A stretch of DNA of 64,000 nucleotides from an uncultured delta proteobacterium. GTDB lineage: Bacteria; Desulfobacterota; Binatia; DP-6. The notes below the pieces were generated by a model. The model searched no databases and had not been told where the DNA came from. It saw nothing but the letters and a program-made list of their open reading frames with translations. Of this stretch, positions 37,786 to 48,524 are shown in pieces. Each line of letters opens with the position of its first letter. Within the stretch, counting starts at the first letter, position 1. The position numbers and the translations under genes are program-made. Location of the stretch: NCBI GenBank assembly GCA_963815115.1, contig CAWFFN010000009.1:1024001-1088000 (forward strand). Direction: 5' to 3'.

Positions 37786-40344
37786 CTACCGCCGCCGCGG
37801 GGTCGCGGTCAGGGGATCCTCCGGCCACGCGTGCCGGGGGTAGCGCCCACGAAGCTGCTTCCGGACCTCGAAGTAGGTCGTGCGCCAGAAGCTCGCCAGG
37901 TCGTCGGTCACCTGCACCGGCCGCTGGTTGGGCGCGAGCAGCTGCACGACGAGCGGCACGCGTCCGCCCGCGAGGCGCGGCGTCGCGGACAGCCCGAAGA
38001 GCTCCTGGATGCGCGCGGCGACCGTCGGTGGCCGATCGCGCTCGTAGAGGACGGGTGCGAGCCGGCCGGTCGGCAGGCGGTACGAGGCGGGCGCGTCGCG
38101 CTCGAGCGCGCTCCGCTGCGCGTGGTCGAGCAGCCCGCGCACCGCACCGCCGAGGTCGGCCTCACGCAGCTCGGCGACGCTCCGGCGGCCCGCCGCGAGA
38201 GCCGGCACGGCGGCGGCGAGCAGCTCGTCGGGGCTCGGCATCGCCAGCTCCGGCATGGCCCGCGCCAGGAAGCGCAGGCGCGCGAGCAACGGGTCCGCGT
38301 CCGCGGCGACGCGCGCCAGCAGGACGGGGTCGGCCACCACGGCGGCGGCCAGCAGCTCGCCCGCCGCCGTGCGATCTGCCGTGCCGCGCACCGATTCGGC
38401 GAGCACGAGGTCGGCGTAGTGCTCGCGGCTGCGCTCGACGACCGCCTCGCGCTGCCGATCGAAGATCAGCGTGCGCTCGGCGGTGATCGCGCCGGGGAAG
38501 AGCGCTTCGAGCCACTCGCGGCGCACCTGGCTGGCGACGCCCACGACCGCCTCGGTTCCTCGCCCGCCGGCACGAAGGTCGATGGCGACGAACAGCTCGG
38601 CGTCACGCACGACGCTCTCCGGCGCGAGCACCACGCCGGTACCGCCCGCCATGACGGCGCGTGCCTCGCCGGGCGCGCGGCGGCGGCATACCCGATCGGG
38701 GAACCCGGCCAGCGCGCAGCGCAGCAGCGTCTCGGGGTCGCCGTCGGCGAGGGCTGCACCGCCGCCGCGGGCGAGCTGGCGACGGGCGTGCTCGACGGCC
38801 CGCACGGCGCGCGGGTCGAGGTCGAGGGCGCGGCACGCGTCGAGCGAGAAGCCGCGCCGTGCCGCCTCGTGGAACAGATCCATGCGCAGCAGCAGATCCG
38901 ACGGTCCGGCCGGCCGGTCCCGGGACGCGCCGCCGCCGAAGGCGCGGCCGGCGAGCAGGATGTCGCGCTCCCCGGCCAGTGCCGCGAGGAGCGCGCCGGC
39001 GGCGCCGCAGCCCGCACGCTCCGCCTCGAGCTGCATGCGCGCCAGCCGCGGCGAGGCGGGCAGCTCGAGCAGGCGCCGGCCGGTGTCGGTGATCGCGCCG
39101 CTCGCTTCCTGGACGGCGCCGAGCTGCACCAGCAGGCGCTCGGCATGGTCGACGGCTGGGCGCGGAGGCGGATCGAGCCAGGGCAGGCCGGCCGCGTCAC
39201 GCAGCCCCCAGGCGCGCAGCTCGAGCACCGTGCGGGTCAGGTCGAGTCGCAGGATCTCCGGCGTTTCGTGCGCGCGCCGGCCGCGGTCCTCCTCGCGGCT
39301 CCACAGGCGGACGCAGCGGCCCGGCCCCAGGCGTCCGGCGCGACCGCTGCGCTGCTCGGCGGACGCGCGGCTGATGGACGTCACCACGAGCCGGTCGAGC
39401 CCGCGGCGCGGGTCGAAGCGGGCGAGGCGCACGAGCCCGGAGTCGATGACCGTCGTGACGCCCTCGACCGTGAGCGCGGTCTCGGCCACGTTGGTCGCCA
39501 GCACGACGCGTCGGCGCGGTCCCGCGCGCAGCGCGCGCTGCTGGGCGTCGAGGGGCTGGTCACCGTGCAGCGCGACGACGTCGACGTCGCGCAGCTCGGC
39601 GAGCCGCTCGAGCGCCTCGGCGGTGCGCCGGATCTCCGCGGCGCCGGGCAGGAAGACGAGCGCGTCGCCGTCTGCCAGCAGCGGCGGGAGCACGGCCGCG
39701 ACGTGCTCGGCCAGCCGGCGGCCCGGCGGGACCGGTACCCAGCTCGTGGTGACCGGATGCGCGCGGCCTTCCGAGGTCAGCACCGTCGCCTCCGGCAGGT
39801 GAGCCGCGAGCGCCCCGGTCGCCAGCGTGGCCGACATGACGGCGAGCTTCAGGTCGGGCCGCACGGTGTCCTGGAGCTCGCGGACCACGGCGAGCGCGAG
39901 GTCACCCTGCAGGTGGCGCTCGTGGAACTCGTCGAGGACGACGACGCCCACGCCATCCAGGAACGGGTCGCGAGCCAGCCGCCGCCCGAAGACGCCCTCG
40001 GTGACGAACCAGAGACGCGTGGCCGCGCCGCCGCGCTGCTCGAAGCGCACCGCGTAGCCCACCTCGCCGCCGACGGCGCCGCCGCGGCTGCCGGCCACGA
40101 ACGCCGCCGCCGCGCGCGCGGCGATGCGCCGCGGCTCGAGCACCAGCACGCAGCCGCCGCCGGCCGCGCCCGCATCGAGAAGCGCCGCGGGCACGCGCGT
40201 CGTCTTGCCGGCCCCGGGCGCGGCCCGGAGGACGAGACGCGTGCCGCGCGCGAGGGCGTCCACCACGGGCGGCAGCAGCGCGTCGATGGGCAGCGCCTCC
40301 CTGCTTGCTGCCGACGACGGCGCTCGGCTAGAGGAGCCGTCCAT
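37786..40344 (-). CDS. hrpB: ATP-dependent helicase HrpB (start approximate)
   Basis: LPID, APGAGKTT, DEFHER, MSAT, ATNVAET, QRSGRAGR, QVTDDLASFW, YPRHAWPEDP. Confidence 0.92.
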   Translation of the reverse strand: MDGSSSRAPSSAASREALPIDALLPPVVDALARGTRLVLRAAPGAGKTTRVPAALLDAGAAGGGCVLVLEPRRIAARAAAAFVAGSRGGAVGGEVGYAVRFEQRGGAATRLWFVTEGVFGRRLARDPFLDGVGVVVLDEFHERHLQGDLALAVVRELQDTVRPDLKLAVMSATLATGALAAHLPEATVLTSEGRAHPVTTSWVPVPPGRRLAEHVAAVLPPLLADGDALVFLPGAAEIRRTAEALERLAELRDVDVVALHGDQPLDAQQRALRAGPRRRVVLATNVAETALTVEGVTTVIDSGLVRLARFDPRRGLDRLVVTSISRASAEQRSGRAGRLGPGRCVRLWSREEDRGRRAHETPEILRLDLTRTVLELRAWGLRDAAGLPWLDPPPRPAVDHAERLLVQLGAVQEASGAITDTGRRLLELPASPRLARMQLEAERAGCGAAGALLAALAGERDILLAGRAFGGGASRDRPAGPSDLLLRMDLFHEAARRGFSLDACRALDLDPRAVRAVEHARRQLARGGGAALADGDPETLLRCALAGFPDRVCRRRAPGEARAVMAGGTGVVLAPESVVRDAELFVAIDLRAGGRGTEAVVGVASQVRREWLEALFPGAITAERTLIFDRQREAVVERSREHYADLVLAESVRGTADRTAAGELLAAAVVADPVLLARVAADADPLLARLRFLARAMPELAMPSPDELLAAAVPALAAGRRSVAELREADLGGAVRGLLDHAQRSALERDAPASYRLPTGRLAPVLYERDRPPTVAARIQELFGLSATPRLAGGRVPLVVQLLAPNQRPVQVTDDLASFWRTTYFEVRKQLRGRYPRHAWPEDPLTATPRRR

Positions 40345-41614
40345 GGCCGCGTCGATGGTGACCACCGACCCCATGACCGCCACGCCGGCGTTCTTCGGAA
40401 CGCCCGCGGAGGTCGCGCCGGACGTGTTCATGCACCCGGCGTTCGTCAACACGTATGCGCTGCGGACGCCCGCTGGCCTGGTCCTGGTCGACCCGGGGCT
40501 CGGCTACGGCATGTACGCCGTACGCGAGGCCGTGCGGGGCTGGAGCGATGCGCCGCTCCGCGTCGCCGTGTACACCCACGGCCACGCCGATCACGCCTTC
40601 GGCCTGCGCGCGTGGCTCGAGCACGGCGAGCGGCCCGAGATCGTCGCCCAGGAGCGCTGCGTGGCGCGCTTTCACCGCTACCGGCTCATGCACGGCCTCA
40701 ACGCGCACATCAACCAGCGCCAGTTCAGCCTCCCGCGGCCGACCTTCCCCGAGCACTTCGACTGGCCGACGCTCCTGGTCCGCGATCGCCTCGCCCAGAA
40801 GCTCGGGGACGTCGAGGTGCAGTACACCGCCGCCCGGGGCGAGACCGACGACCATCTCTGGGTCTGGGTGCCGTCCCACCGCTATCTCTTCACCGGCGAC
40901 CTGATCATCTGGCAGGCCCCGAACTGCGGCAACCCGCAGAAGGTCCAGCGCTATCCCGAGGACTGGGCCGACGCGCTCGAGACCATGGCAGGGCTCGACG
41001 CCGAGTGGCTCTTTCCGGGCCACGGCCTCGCCGTGCAGGGTCGGGAGGCCGTCGCGCGCGTGCTGACCGAGACGGCGCGCTACCTGCGCGTGATCGTCGA
41101 CCAGGTGCGCGCACGCATGAACGCCGGCCAGACCGCGGACGAGATCGTCGACGCCGTCGAGCCCGACCCGGAGCTCGCGAGCCGGTCCTTCCTGCGCGCC
41201 ACCTACGACCATCCCAAGTTCATCGTGCGCAACCTGCTCCGCCTGTGGGGCGGGTGGTGGAACGGCAACGCGGCCGATCTGCTGCCCGCGACCCCGGCGT
41301 CGCGGGCCGCCGAGATCGCGCGCCTGGCCGGCGGCGTCGAGCGGCTGGTGGCGAGAGGGCGCGAGCTGCTCGAGGGCGGCGACGTGCAGCTCGCCTCGCA
41401 CCTCGCCGAGTGGGCGACGCGCGCGGCGCCCGACGACCGCGGAGCCCAGACGCTCAAGCGTGACGTCTACGCCCGCCGGCTCGAGGAGACCGAGGCGCTC
41501 ATGGCGCGCGGCATCTACCGTGCGGCGATGCAGGACGCGCAGCTCGCCCTGGGCGAGGAGGTGACGCGCAGCCTCGACCCGGGCATGACGTTCGGAGGAA
41601 GCGGACGGGTCTGA
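40343..41614 (+). CDS. Alkyl-sulfatase-like MBL-fold hydrolase with dimerisation domain
   Basis: THGHADH, GETDD, PNCGNPQK, PGHG, GGWWNGN. Confidence 0.82.
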   Translation: MAASMVTTDPMTATPAFFGTPAEVAPDVFMHPAFVNTYALRTPAGLVLVDPGLGYGMYAVREAVRGWSDAPLRVAVYTHGHADHAFGLRAWLEHGERPEIVAQERCVARFHRYRLMHGLNAHINQRQFSLPRPTFPEHFDWPTLLVRDRLAQKLGDVEVQYTAARGETDDHLWVWVPSHRYLFTGDLIIWQAPNCGNPQKVQRYPEDWADALETMAGLDAEWLFPGHGLAVQGREAVARVLTETARYLRVIVDQVRARMNAGQTADEIVDAVEPDPELASRSFLRATYDHPKFIVRNLLRLWGGWWNGNAADLLPATPASRAAEIARLAGGVERLVARGRELLEGGDVQLASHLAEWATRAAPDDRGAQTLKRDVYARRLEETEALMARGIYRAAMQDAQLALGEEVTRSLDPGMTFGGSGRV

Positions 41615-41622
41615 GAGACGCC

Positions 41623-43146
41623 TCAGGGCTTCCCGCGCGCGGCGTCGGGCGGGACGAGGAGACGTGCGAGCGGCGTGTCCGGCCGCTCGGCGTACCACGC
41701 CAGCACCGAGGGGTCGCGCTCGACGAAGCGGACCCGCCGATCGTTCACCTCGTCTCCGGACTGCTGGAGAAGGAGGACGGCGGCCCGACCCGGGAAGTCC
41801 CGCTTCCGCATCACCGGACCGAGCAGGGTGGCCGGCGGGTCGCCGTTGTCGAGGTACACCGTCGAGCCCACGGGATGCGCCGCGGCCTCGGCCTCGATGC
41901 CCCGCAACGTGGTGTCGACGTAGAGGCGGCAGAGCATGTTGTCGTAGATCCGGAAGGTCGAGCGCGCGTAGCCGTGGATACCGATCGCGAGCGCGGCGAC
42001 CAGGAGCAGCAGGCGCGGCACGGCCCGCAGCCGGCCGTTTCGGCCGACCTCGCGGAGCGCCAGGCAGGTGAGGACGACGATCGGGATCGCGCCGAGATAG
42101 TGATAGCGCAGCTGGCCCACCGTCCTGCCCGAGGGAATCCGCGGATCGAAGAAGCTGGCGCGGCCGGCGGCGATGACGGCATAGACGCCGAAGCAGAGCG
42201 CCGCCATGGCGACGCCGGCACGTCGGGCCGCGGCGTCGCCCCGCCACAGCAGCACGAGGCATCCGGCGGCGAAGGCACCGATGGCGACCGACGCCGCCAC
42301 GTCCGGATACGCGCGCCGCACGAAGAAGAAGCCGCGCAGCGTGGCCGCGATCGAGAAGGCAACGAGACCGCGGAGGACCGGCAGGAGCAGCGGGACGGAG
42401 TCGCGCACCGCCGTCTCCATCGTGCCCTCCTCCGGCGGCAGCGGCGCGAGGAGCGGGTAGACGTGCCGGAAGGCGAGGTAGGCCGCCAGCGTGACCAGCG
42501 GCAGGCCGAGGTAGGCGAGCCGCACGCGAGGCCGGCGCCAGGCCGCGGGAAGCACCAGGAACAGGACGACGGGGAAAACGAGCGCGACGCCGATGCCGAC
42601 GCCGAAGCAGACGGTGGCGAGAAGCAGCAGGGCGTACCAGGAGGCCGCCGTCCGGGCCGTGAGCTCGCGCTCCTCGGCCGCCAGCGCCGTCAGCTGGCCG
42701 AGCACGACGAGCACCAGGGTCGTGGCCAGCACCTGGCCGTAGACCGCGTACCAGCCCAGCGCGCCGTAGTCGACCGGCGACGTCCCCCAGAGCGTGGCGC
42801 CGAAGCAGGCGAGCGTCAGGCTGGCGGTGAGATTCCGCAGGATGCGGAAGAGCAGGAACACGTTCAGCAGGTGCGTCAGCAGCACGGTCCAGAAGTAGAG
42901 GTCGGCTCGCAGCCCGAAGAGGCGATAGCTGGCGTAGAAGACGAGGTTGCGCAGGAGCAGGTTGTGGCCCCCGAACGGCCGCAGGACGAAGCGCAGGAAG
43001 CCGTCGTTGCGGATGCTGGCGAGACAGACGAAGTCGTCGGCCCAGAAGTAGGCGCGCGTGATCGGGAAGTAGACCCAGGCGGAGAGGGCGACGGGGAGGA
43101 TCGCGGCCGCGGCGACGGCCGGCCCTCGGCGCGCCCCCCGATCCAT
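41623..43146 (-). CDS. Multi-pass membrane protein, putative GT-C-fold glycosyltransferase (paralog of 6982-8478)
   Basis: YFWADDF, HLLN, LACFGATLWGT, GALGWY, RYHYL. Confidence 0.6.
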   Translation of the reverse strand: MDRGARRGPAVAAAAILPVALSAWVYFPITRAYFWADDFVCLASIRNDGFLRFVLRPFGGHNLLLRNLVFYASYRLFGLRADLYFWTVLLTHLLNVFLLFRILRNLTASLTLACFGATLWGTSPVDYGALGWYAVYGQVLATTLVLVVLGQLTALAAEERELTARTAASWYALLLLATVCFGVGIGVALVFPVVLFLVLPAAWRRPRVRLAYLGLPLVTLAAYLAFRHVYPLLAPLPPEEGTMETAVRDSVPLLLPVLRGLVAFSIAATLRGFFFVRRAYPDVAASVAIGAFAAGCLVLLWRGDAAARRAGVAMAALCFGVYAVIAAGRASFFDPRIPSGRTVGQLRYHYLGAIPIVVLTCLALREVGRNGRLRAVPRLLLLVAALAIGIHGYARSTFRIYDNMLCRLYVDTTLRGIEAEAAAHPVGSTVYLDNGDPPATLLGPVMRKRDFPGRAAVLLLQQSGDEVNDRRVRFVERDPSVLAWYAERPDTPLARLLVPPDAARGKP

Positions 43147-43148
43147 GC

Positions 43149-44129
43149 TCACTTCGCCCGGTAGCGCACGACCCCGTCGGTCTCGCTCCTCAGCGCGCGT
43201 CCCTCGAGGCGGAGCAGCTCGAGGTGCGCGAGGGTCTCCGAGGTCGCGGCCATCACCTGGAAGCGGTTGTCCGTCCCGATGGCGAAGGCTTCGAGCGCGA
43301 CCTCGTATGCCGTGCACGGCCGCTTCCGGATCACCTCGAGCATGGTGAGCTTGCGGACGCGGTGGAAGTCGATCAGCTGGCTCGCCCGGCGCCGGTGGTC
43401 CTCGTAGATGCCGCCGTGCGCGGGACACACCAGGCGTGCCTCGACGCGCGCGATCTTGTCCTGCGAGGCGAGGAAGTCGCCGAGCGGATTGGGCGGGCCG
43501 CCGGGACCGATCCCGACGTGCGGCGTGATCTTGGGAAGCAGGTGGTCGCCCACGAAGAGGATGCCGTCGGGCTCCAGGAGCAGGCAGCAGTGGCCCGGGG
43601 TGTGTCCGGGCGTCCAGACCGCGTGCAGCCAGCGCCCGTCGCCGAGCGGGATCTCGTCGCCGTCGGCGAGCAGGCCGTCGGGGATCGCGGGGGAGTAGAG
43701 GGTCCCGACGACGCGGCTCATGGGGGGCATCTGCCTGTCGGGCGGCACGGCCGGGATGCCGTTCTGGTGGAGGAAGTCCGGGTTCTCGCCCAGGGCGTCG
43801 TGCGCTCCGCCGGCGCGCTCGGCCTCGAGGGGGTGGAGGTACACCTGGGCGTGGGTGAGCTCGCGCAGAGGACCCGAGGTGCCGTAGTGGTCGATGTGGT
43901 GGTGCGTGCAGACGATCTGCCGGATCGCCTGCGGCGCGATGCCCACCTCGCCGAGCGCGCCGCGAAACGCGGCCACGCTGTCGCCCGTGTGCATGCCGGT
44001 GTCGATCAGCGTCCAGGCGTCGCCGGCGCGCACGAGGTATACGTTCACGATGGTCGGGCGGACGGGCAGGGGCAGGAACACCTGCACGACACCGTCGGCG
44101 ACCTCCCGGGTCTTGGCGGCGTCGGTCAT
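43149..44129 (-). CDS. MBL-fold metallo-hydrolase with C-terminal winged helix
   Basis: THHHIDH, TPGHTPGH, GDH, PAHG, ETLAHL. Confidence 0.87.
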   Translation of the reverse strand: MTDAAKTREVADGVVQVFLPLPVRPTIVNVYLVRAGDAWTLIDTGMHTGDSVAAFRGALGEVGIAPQAIRQIVCTHHHIDHYGTSGPLRELTHAQVYLHPLEAERAGGAHDALGENPDFLHQNGIPAVPPDRQMPPMSRVVGTLYSPAIPDGLLADGDEIPLGDGRWLHAVWTPGHTPGHCCLLLEPDGILFVGDHLLPKITPHVGIGPGGPPNPLGDFLASQDKIARVEARLVCPAHGGIYEDHRRRASQLIDFHRVRKLTMLEVIRKRPCTAYEVALEAFAIGTDNRFQVMAATSETLAHLELLRLEGRALRSETDGVVRYRAK

Positions 44130-44130
44130 G

Positions 44131-44346
44131 CTACTCGTGCATGTGCTCCTGCACGGCGAAGCTGACCCGCACGCGCACCCGCCACGCGGTGACGCCGCCG
44201 TCCTCGACCACCGCGATGATGCGGTCGATCTCAACCTCGGGCTTGATGCCCTTCAGGGTGGCGGACGCGCGGGCGACCGCGAGCCCGACGGCGTCCTCGA
44301 TGGAGTTCGTCGACGTCCCCGTGAGCTCGATCGTCTTCTCGACCAT
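44131..44346 (-). CDS. Dodecin family protein
   Basis: IELTGTS..SIEDAV, WRVRVRVSF; 71 aa. Confidence 0.8.
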   Translation of the reverse strand: MVEKTIELTGTSTNSIEDAVGLAVARASATLKGIKPEVEIDRIIAVVEDGGVTAWRVRVRVSFAVQEHMHE

Positions 44347-44414
44347 GGTTCGGGTCCTCCCCCGGGTCCGGAGTAGGCCTGGAACGCCGGGCGGAGGCAA
44401 GGTACACGCGCTTC

Positions 44415-45710
44415 ATGGACGGGGCGACGGTGGGAGTGGGATTCGGGGTGGGCCTCCTGATGGGCGTCCTCGCGACCTGGCTGGTGGTCGGGCTGCGTGC
44501 GCGCGAGCGCGCCGGCGAGGCCCGCGAGGTCCGGGCGCGTCTCGAGACGGAGCTCGAAGGCGAGCGCCGCCTCGCGAGCGAGCGCGTGACCATGCTGGAG
44601 AGCGGGGAGGCGCGGCTGCGCGAGGCGTTCGAGGCGCTGTCGCGCCGTGCGCTGGACGTCAACAACCGCTCCTTCCTCGAGCTCGCGCGCGTCCAGCTCG
44701 GCCAGTTCCAGCAGGGGGCGCGCAGCGACCTGGAGGCGCGCCGGACGGCCATCGACGAGCTGCTGCGCCCGGTGCGCGAATCGCTCCAGCGCATGGACAC
44801 CAGCCTGCGGCAGGTCGAGACCGGCCACGGCGCGCTGCGCGAACGCGTCGACGTGCTGCATCGATCGGAGCAGCACCTGGCCGCGGAGACCGCCGCGCTC
44901 TCGCTCGCGCTCCGCGCGCCCGGAGTGCGCGGCCGCTGGGGCGAGGTGCAGCTCCGCCGGGTCGTCGAGCTGGCCGGCATGGTCGAGCACTGCGACTTCG
45001 ACGAGCAGGTGACCGCGGTGAGCGACGACGGCCGGCTGCGACCCGACCTGGTCGTCCGCCTCCCCGGCGGCCGCAACATCGTCGTCGACGCCAAGGCCGT
45101 CATGCGCGCCTACCTCGACGCCGAGTCGGCGATCGGGGACGGGGAGCGTCGCGGCCTCCTCGAGGAGCACGCGCGCCTCGTGCGGGAGCACATGGGAAAG
45201 CTCGCCAGCAAGGCGTACCGGGACCAGTTCGAACCCACCCCGGAGTTCGTCGTCATGTTCCTTCCCGGCGAGAACTTCTTCCGCGCCGCCCTCGAGGTCG
45301 ACCCGGGGTTGATCGACCGCGGGGTGGAGCAGCGCGTGGTGCTGGCCAGCCCGATCAACCTGATCGCGTTGCTCTGGGGGGCGGCGCAGGCATGGCGCGA
45401 GCATCGTGTCGCGGAGACGGCCCAGGAGGTGTGCGAGGCCGGCCGCGAGCTCTACAAGCGCGTGAGCACGCTGGCGGAGCACTTCGAGAATCTCCGCAAG
45501 GCGCTCTCGAGAGCGGTGGAAGCCTACAACGACGCGGTCGGCTCGCTCGATCGCCGCGTCCTGCCGGCGGCGCGCCGCATGAAGGACCTCGGGGCCGCGA
45601 CCGGCGGCGACATCGAGCCCATGGCTCCGCTCGACGTCGTGCCGCAGGCGTCCCAGGCGCCGGAGCTGCTGCCGCTGTTCGATCCGTCGCGCGAGAAGCG
45701 CTCCGCGTAG
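44415..45710 (+). CDS. rmuC: DNA recombination protein RmuC
   Basis: N-terminal TM and coiled coil; RGRWGEVQL, RPDLVVRLPG, VDAK, FVVMFLPGE. Confidence 0.9.
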   Translation: MDGATVGVGFGVGLLMGVLATWLVVGLRARERAGEAREVRARLETELEGERRLASERVTMLESGEARLREAFEALSRRALDVNNRSFLELARVQLGQFQQGARSDLEARRTAIDELLRPVRESLQRMDTSLRQVETGHGALRERVDVLHRSEQHLAAETAALSLALRAPGVRGRWGEVQLRRVVELAGMVEHCDFDEQVTAVSDDGRLRPDLVVRLPGGRNIVVDAKAVMRAYLDAESAIGDGERRGLLEEHARLVREHMGKLASKAYRDQFEPTPEFVVMFLPGENFFRAALEVDPGLIDRGVEQRVVLASPINLIALLWGAAQAWREHRVAETAQEVCEAGRELYKRVSTLAEHFENLRKALSRAVEAYNDAVGSLDRRVLPAARRMKDLGAATGGDIEPMAPLDVVPQASQAPELLPLFDPSREKRSA

Positions 45711-45746
45711 CGCGACGAGGCCGAGGCGCCGTCGGGCCCGCGCGGC

Positions 45747-46466
45747 TCAGCGACCCCGGATCTCGGGCTCGCGCTCCTCGCCTTCGAGTATGGCCTGATG
45801 AGCGACGCCGGCGAGGACCGCGCCGACGATCGGCGCAACCCAGAACAGCCAGAGCTGCTGGAGCGCCCAGCCGCCGACGAACAGCGCGGGGCCGGTGCTC
45901 CGCGCCGGGTTCACCGACGTGTTCGTCACCGGGATGCTGATGAGATGGATCAGGGTGAGCGCCAGGCCGATGGCGAGGCCCGCGAAGCCCGTCGGTGCCT
46001 TCCAGTGGGTGCTCCCGAGGATGACGATCAGGAACATGAACGTCATCACCACCTCGGTGACCAGCGCGGCTGCGAGCGAGTAGTGGCCGGGAGAGTGGTC
46101 ACCGAAGCCGTTGGCGGCGAAGCCCGAGGCCACCAGGTCGAAGCCCGGCTTGCCCGTCGCGATGACGGCGAGAATCCCGGCGCCCGCGATGGCGCCGAGC
46201 ACCTGCGCCACGATGTAGGGCAGCAGCTCGCCGGCCGAGAATCGGCCACCGGCCCAGAGCCCGATCGACACCGCCGGGTTGAAGTGCCCCCCGGAGACGC
46301 GACCCAGCGCATAGGCGCCGGTCAGCACGGTCAGGCCGAAGGCGAGCGCCACACCCGCGAAGTGGATCCCGAGATCGGGGAAGGCCGCTGCGAGGACCGC
46401 GCTCCCGCAACCGCCCAGCACCAGCCAGAACGTTCCGATGAACTCGGCAGCCAGCTTCGCTCCCAT
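45747..46466 (-). CDS. aqpZ: Aquaporin Z
   Basis: [31 protein letters not shown]. Confidence 0.95.
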   Translation of the reverse strand: MGAKLAAEFIGTFWLVLGGCGSAVLAAAFPDLGIHFAGVALAFGLTVLTGAYALGRVSGGHFNPAVSIGLWAGGRFSAGELLPYIVAQVLGAIAGAGILAVIATGKPGFDLVASGFAANGFGDHSPGHYSLAAALVTEVVMTFMFLIVILGSTHWKAPTGFAGLAIGLALTLIHLISIPVTNTSVNPARSTGPALFVGGWALQQLWLFWVAPIVGAVLAGVAHQAILEGEEREPEIRGR

Positions 46467-46543
46467 CGGATCCTCCTTGCTGCCTAGCAGCGCAAGCCTG
46501 TCTGCTAGCATGAGGAGCAGCGTTTGCCCAGGGCCCAGCCGCG

Positions 46544-47065
46544 TCAGCGCGGCCGCCCGGCGGCGAGCCGCGCCAGCACGGGAGCGTCGGTCGGGAAGGC
46601 CAGGGGCGGCGGGGCCGCCGGATCGAACCAGCCGGCGGCCACGGCGTCGTCGCCGCCGCGGGGCTCCGCGCGCGGGTCGATCAGGCGGGCGGCGAACCAG
46701 ATGCCCACCGTCGGGCGCTCCGGCTCGTGGCGATTGGTGGCGACGTGCACGACCTCGCCGATCTCGACGGCGACGCCCGCTTCCTCGAGCGCTTCGCGCG
46801 CCGCCGCCTCGCGCACGTCCTCGTCCCACTCGACGTAGCCGCAGGGCAGGCACCAGAGCCTCGCGCCGAAATGCCCCGGGCCGCGCTGCACCAGCAGCAC
46901 GCGTCCGGCGCCGTCCAGGATCACGACGGCGGCGCCGACGCCCATGTTGGCGAAGAAGGCGAAGCCGCAGGCGTCGCAGGACGGCCGGGGTGCGCCACCG
47001 CGCATGCGGTGCGTGAGCGCTGCCCCGCAGCGCGGGCAGCAGCGCCAGTCGTCTCCGAGGATCAC
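46544..47065 (-). CDS. Nudix hydrolase with N-terminal Zn ribbon
   Basis: CPRCG..CDACG; [18 protein letters not shown] Nudix box. Confidence 0.85.
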   Translation of the reverse strand: MILGDDWRCCPRCGAALTHRMRGGAPRPSCDACGFAFFANMGVGAAVVILDGAGRVLLVQRGPGHFGARLWCLPCGYVEWDEDVREAAAREALEEAGVAVEIGEVVHVATNRHEPERPTVGIWFAARLIDPRAEPRGGDDAVAAGWFDPAAPPPLAFPTDAPVLARLAAGRPR

Positions 47066-47448
47066 TCCCAGAACCTCGGCACGTCGTATCTCGCGATGAG
47101 CGGGTCGTGGGTGACGATCGTCAGCCGCTCCTCGACCGCCTGTGCCACCAGGAGGCGATCGAACGGATCGCGATGGTGGTCGGGCAGGGCGCGGAGCCGC
47201 ACCGTATGGGCAATCGCGATGGGCAGCTCCTCGAGGGACGCCGCTCGCATGGCGCGCACGACGGCGGCGACGTCGGCATCGATCTTCTTGAGCGACGCCT
47301 TGATCGCGATCTCCCAGGTGCTGACGGCGCTGACGTACACGTCGGTCTCGGGATCGCGGATGCTCTTCGCCACGCGAGCAGGAAGCCGACGAGGACTGCT
47401 CAGCGCCCAGATCAGCGCATGCGTGTCGAGCAGGAGCCGGGCCGTCAC
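47062..47448 (-). CDS. vapC: VapC PIN-domain toxin
   Basis: [30 protein letters not shown]. Confidence 0.9.
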   Translation of the reverse strand: MTARLLLDTHALIWALSSPRRLPARVAKSIRDPETDVYVSAVSTWEIAIKASLKKIDADVAAVVRAMRAASLEELPIAIAHTVRLRALPDHHRDPFDRLLVAQAVEERLTIVTHDPLIARYDVPRFWE

Positions 47449-47696
47449 GTGCGGCCGCCCTCGAAGAGGGTGAGGATCTCGTCGGGAAGGGGCGCATCGA
47501 AATCCTTGGAGACGCGAATCTTTCCCCGGAGCGCGCCCAGGCGGCGGGACGCCCGGACCCGCGACGCGGGAACCAGACGTGCGACGGCGCGGCCGTGGCG
47601 CGTGATCACCACCTCGTCACCCTGGAGGGCACGGTCGACCAGGTGGGAGAGACGGGTCTTGGCCTCGTAGAGGCTGACCGTGGCGCCCTTTCTCAT
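47445..47696 (-). CDS. Phd/YefM family antitoxin
   Basis: EAKTRLSHLV, VVITRHG..VARLVP, DFDAPLP. Confidence 0.9.
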   Translation of the reverse strand: MRKGATVSLYEAKTRLSHLVDRALQGDEVVITRHGRAVARLVPASRVRASRRLGALRGKIRVSKDFDAPLPDEILTLFEGGRT

Positions 47697-47716
47697 CTGG
47701 TCAATTTAGACCAGAT
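47695..47716. promoter_or_regulatory. Inverted repeat ATCTGGTC-N6-GACCAGAT, putative TA operator
   Basis: Perfect 8-bp arms overlapping the antitoxin start. Confidence 0.65.
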
Positions 47717-47751
47717 CCTGGAGCGCCCGCAATGCCTCCCGCCGGGCGCGC

Positions 47752-48510
47752 TCACCCGAGGTGCGCGCCGCCGTCGGCGTAGAAGACCTGCCCGGTGACG
47801 AAGCGCGAGTCGTCGGAGGCGAGGAAGAGCGCGACCGGCGCGATGTCCTGCTCCGGATCGCCCAGGCGGCCGATCGCGCGCTCCGCCATCGTGCGGGCGA
47901 AGCCGTCCGGATCGCGCTCCATGAAGTCGAGGCCGCGCTTCGTCGCCGCCGCCGGGTAGATCACGTTGGCCGTGATGCCGTGCCGCCCCCACTCGCGGGC
48001 GGCGACCCGCGTGAGCGAGGTGATGCCACCCTTGGCGGTGGCGTACTCCCCGAGGCCCGGGTGTCCGGCCTCGGCGGAGAGCGAGCCGAGATTGATGATC
48101 CGACCCCAGCTCTTGCTCTTCATGAAGGGCAGCACCGCGCACATCGCCCACCACGTTCCCTTCACCCCGGTGCGCCAGGACATGTCGAACTGCTCGTCGG
48201 GGATCGCCTCCAGCGGCCCGCGTGGTCCGAAGCCCTGCGCGTTGTTCACGAGGACGTCGACCGTGCCGTAGCGGCGGACGGTCTCCTCGACCATCGCGTC
48301 CACGTCGCCCCGCTTGCCGACGTCGACGACGGACGACATGCCGTCGCCGCCCTCGGCGCGGATCTCCTCGGCGGTGCGCTCCGCGCGGTGAAACTTCAGC
48401 TCGGCGACGCACACCCGGGCGCCCTCGCGCGCGAACACCAGCGCGATGGCGCGACCGATGCCCTGACCGGCACCCGTGACGATGGCGACCTTGCCTTCGA
48501 GACGGCCCAT
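47752..48510 (-). CDS. Short-chain dehydrogenase/reductase
   Basis: TGAGQGIG, NNA, YATAK, ADGG. Confidence 0.92.
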   Translation of the reverse strand: MGRLEGKVAIVTGAGQGIGRAIALVFAREGARVCVAELKFHRAERTAEEIRAEGGDGMSSVVDVGKRGDVDAMVEETVRRYGTVDVLVNNAQGFGPRGPLEAIPDEQFDMSWRTGVKGTWWAMCAVLPFMKSKSWGRIINLGSLSAEAGHPGLGEYATAKGGITSLTRVAAREWGRHGITANVIYPAAATKRGLDFMERDPDGFARTMAERAIGRLGDPEQDIAPVALFLASDDSRFVTGQVFYADGGAHLG

Positions 48511-48524
48511 CCCGCCGACCCTGC

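Noticed and set aside
35238-41463. Very long alternative-frame ORFs (1082 aa and 1210 aa here; also 57870-62069 and 50821-53724)
   Set aside because: Arg/Ala/Pro-rich shadow frames of real genes in high-GC DNA, with no recognisable motifs.
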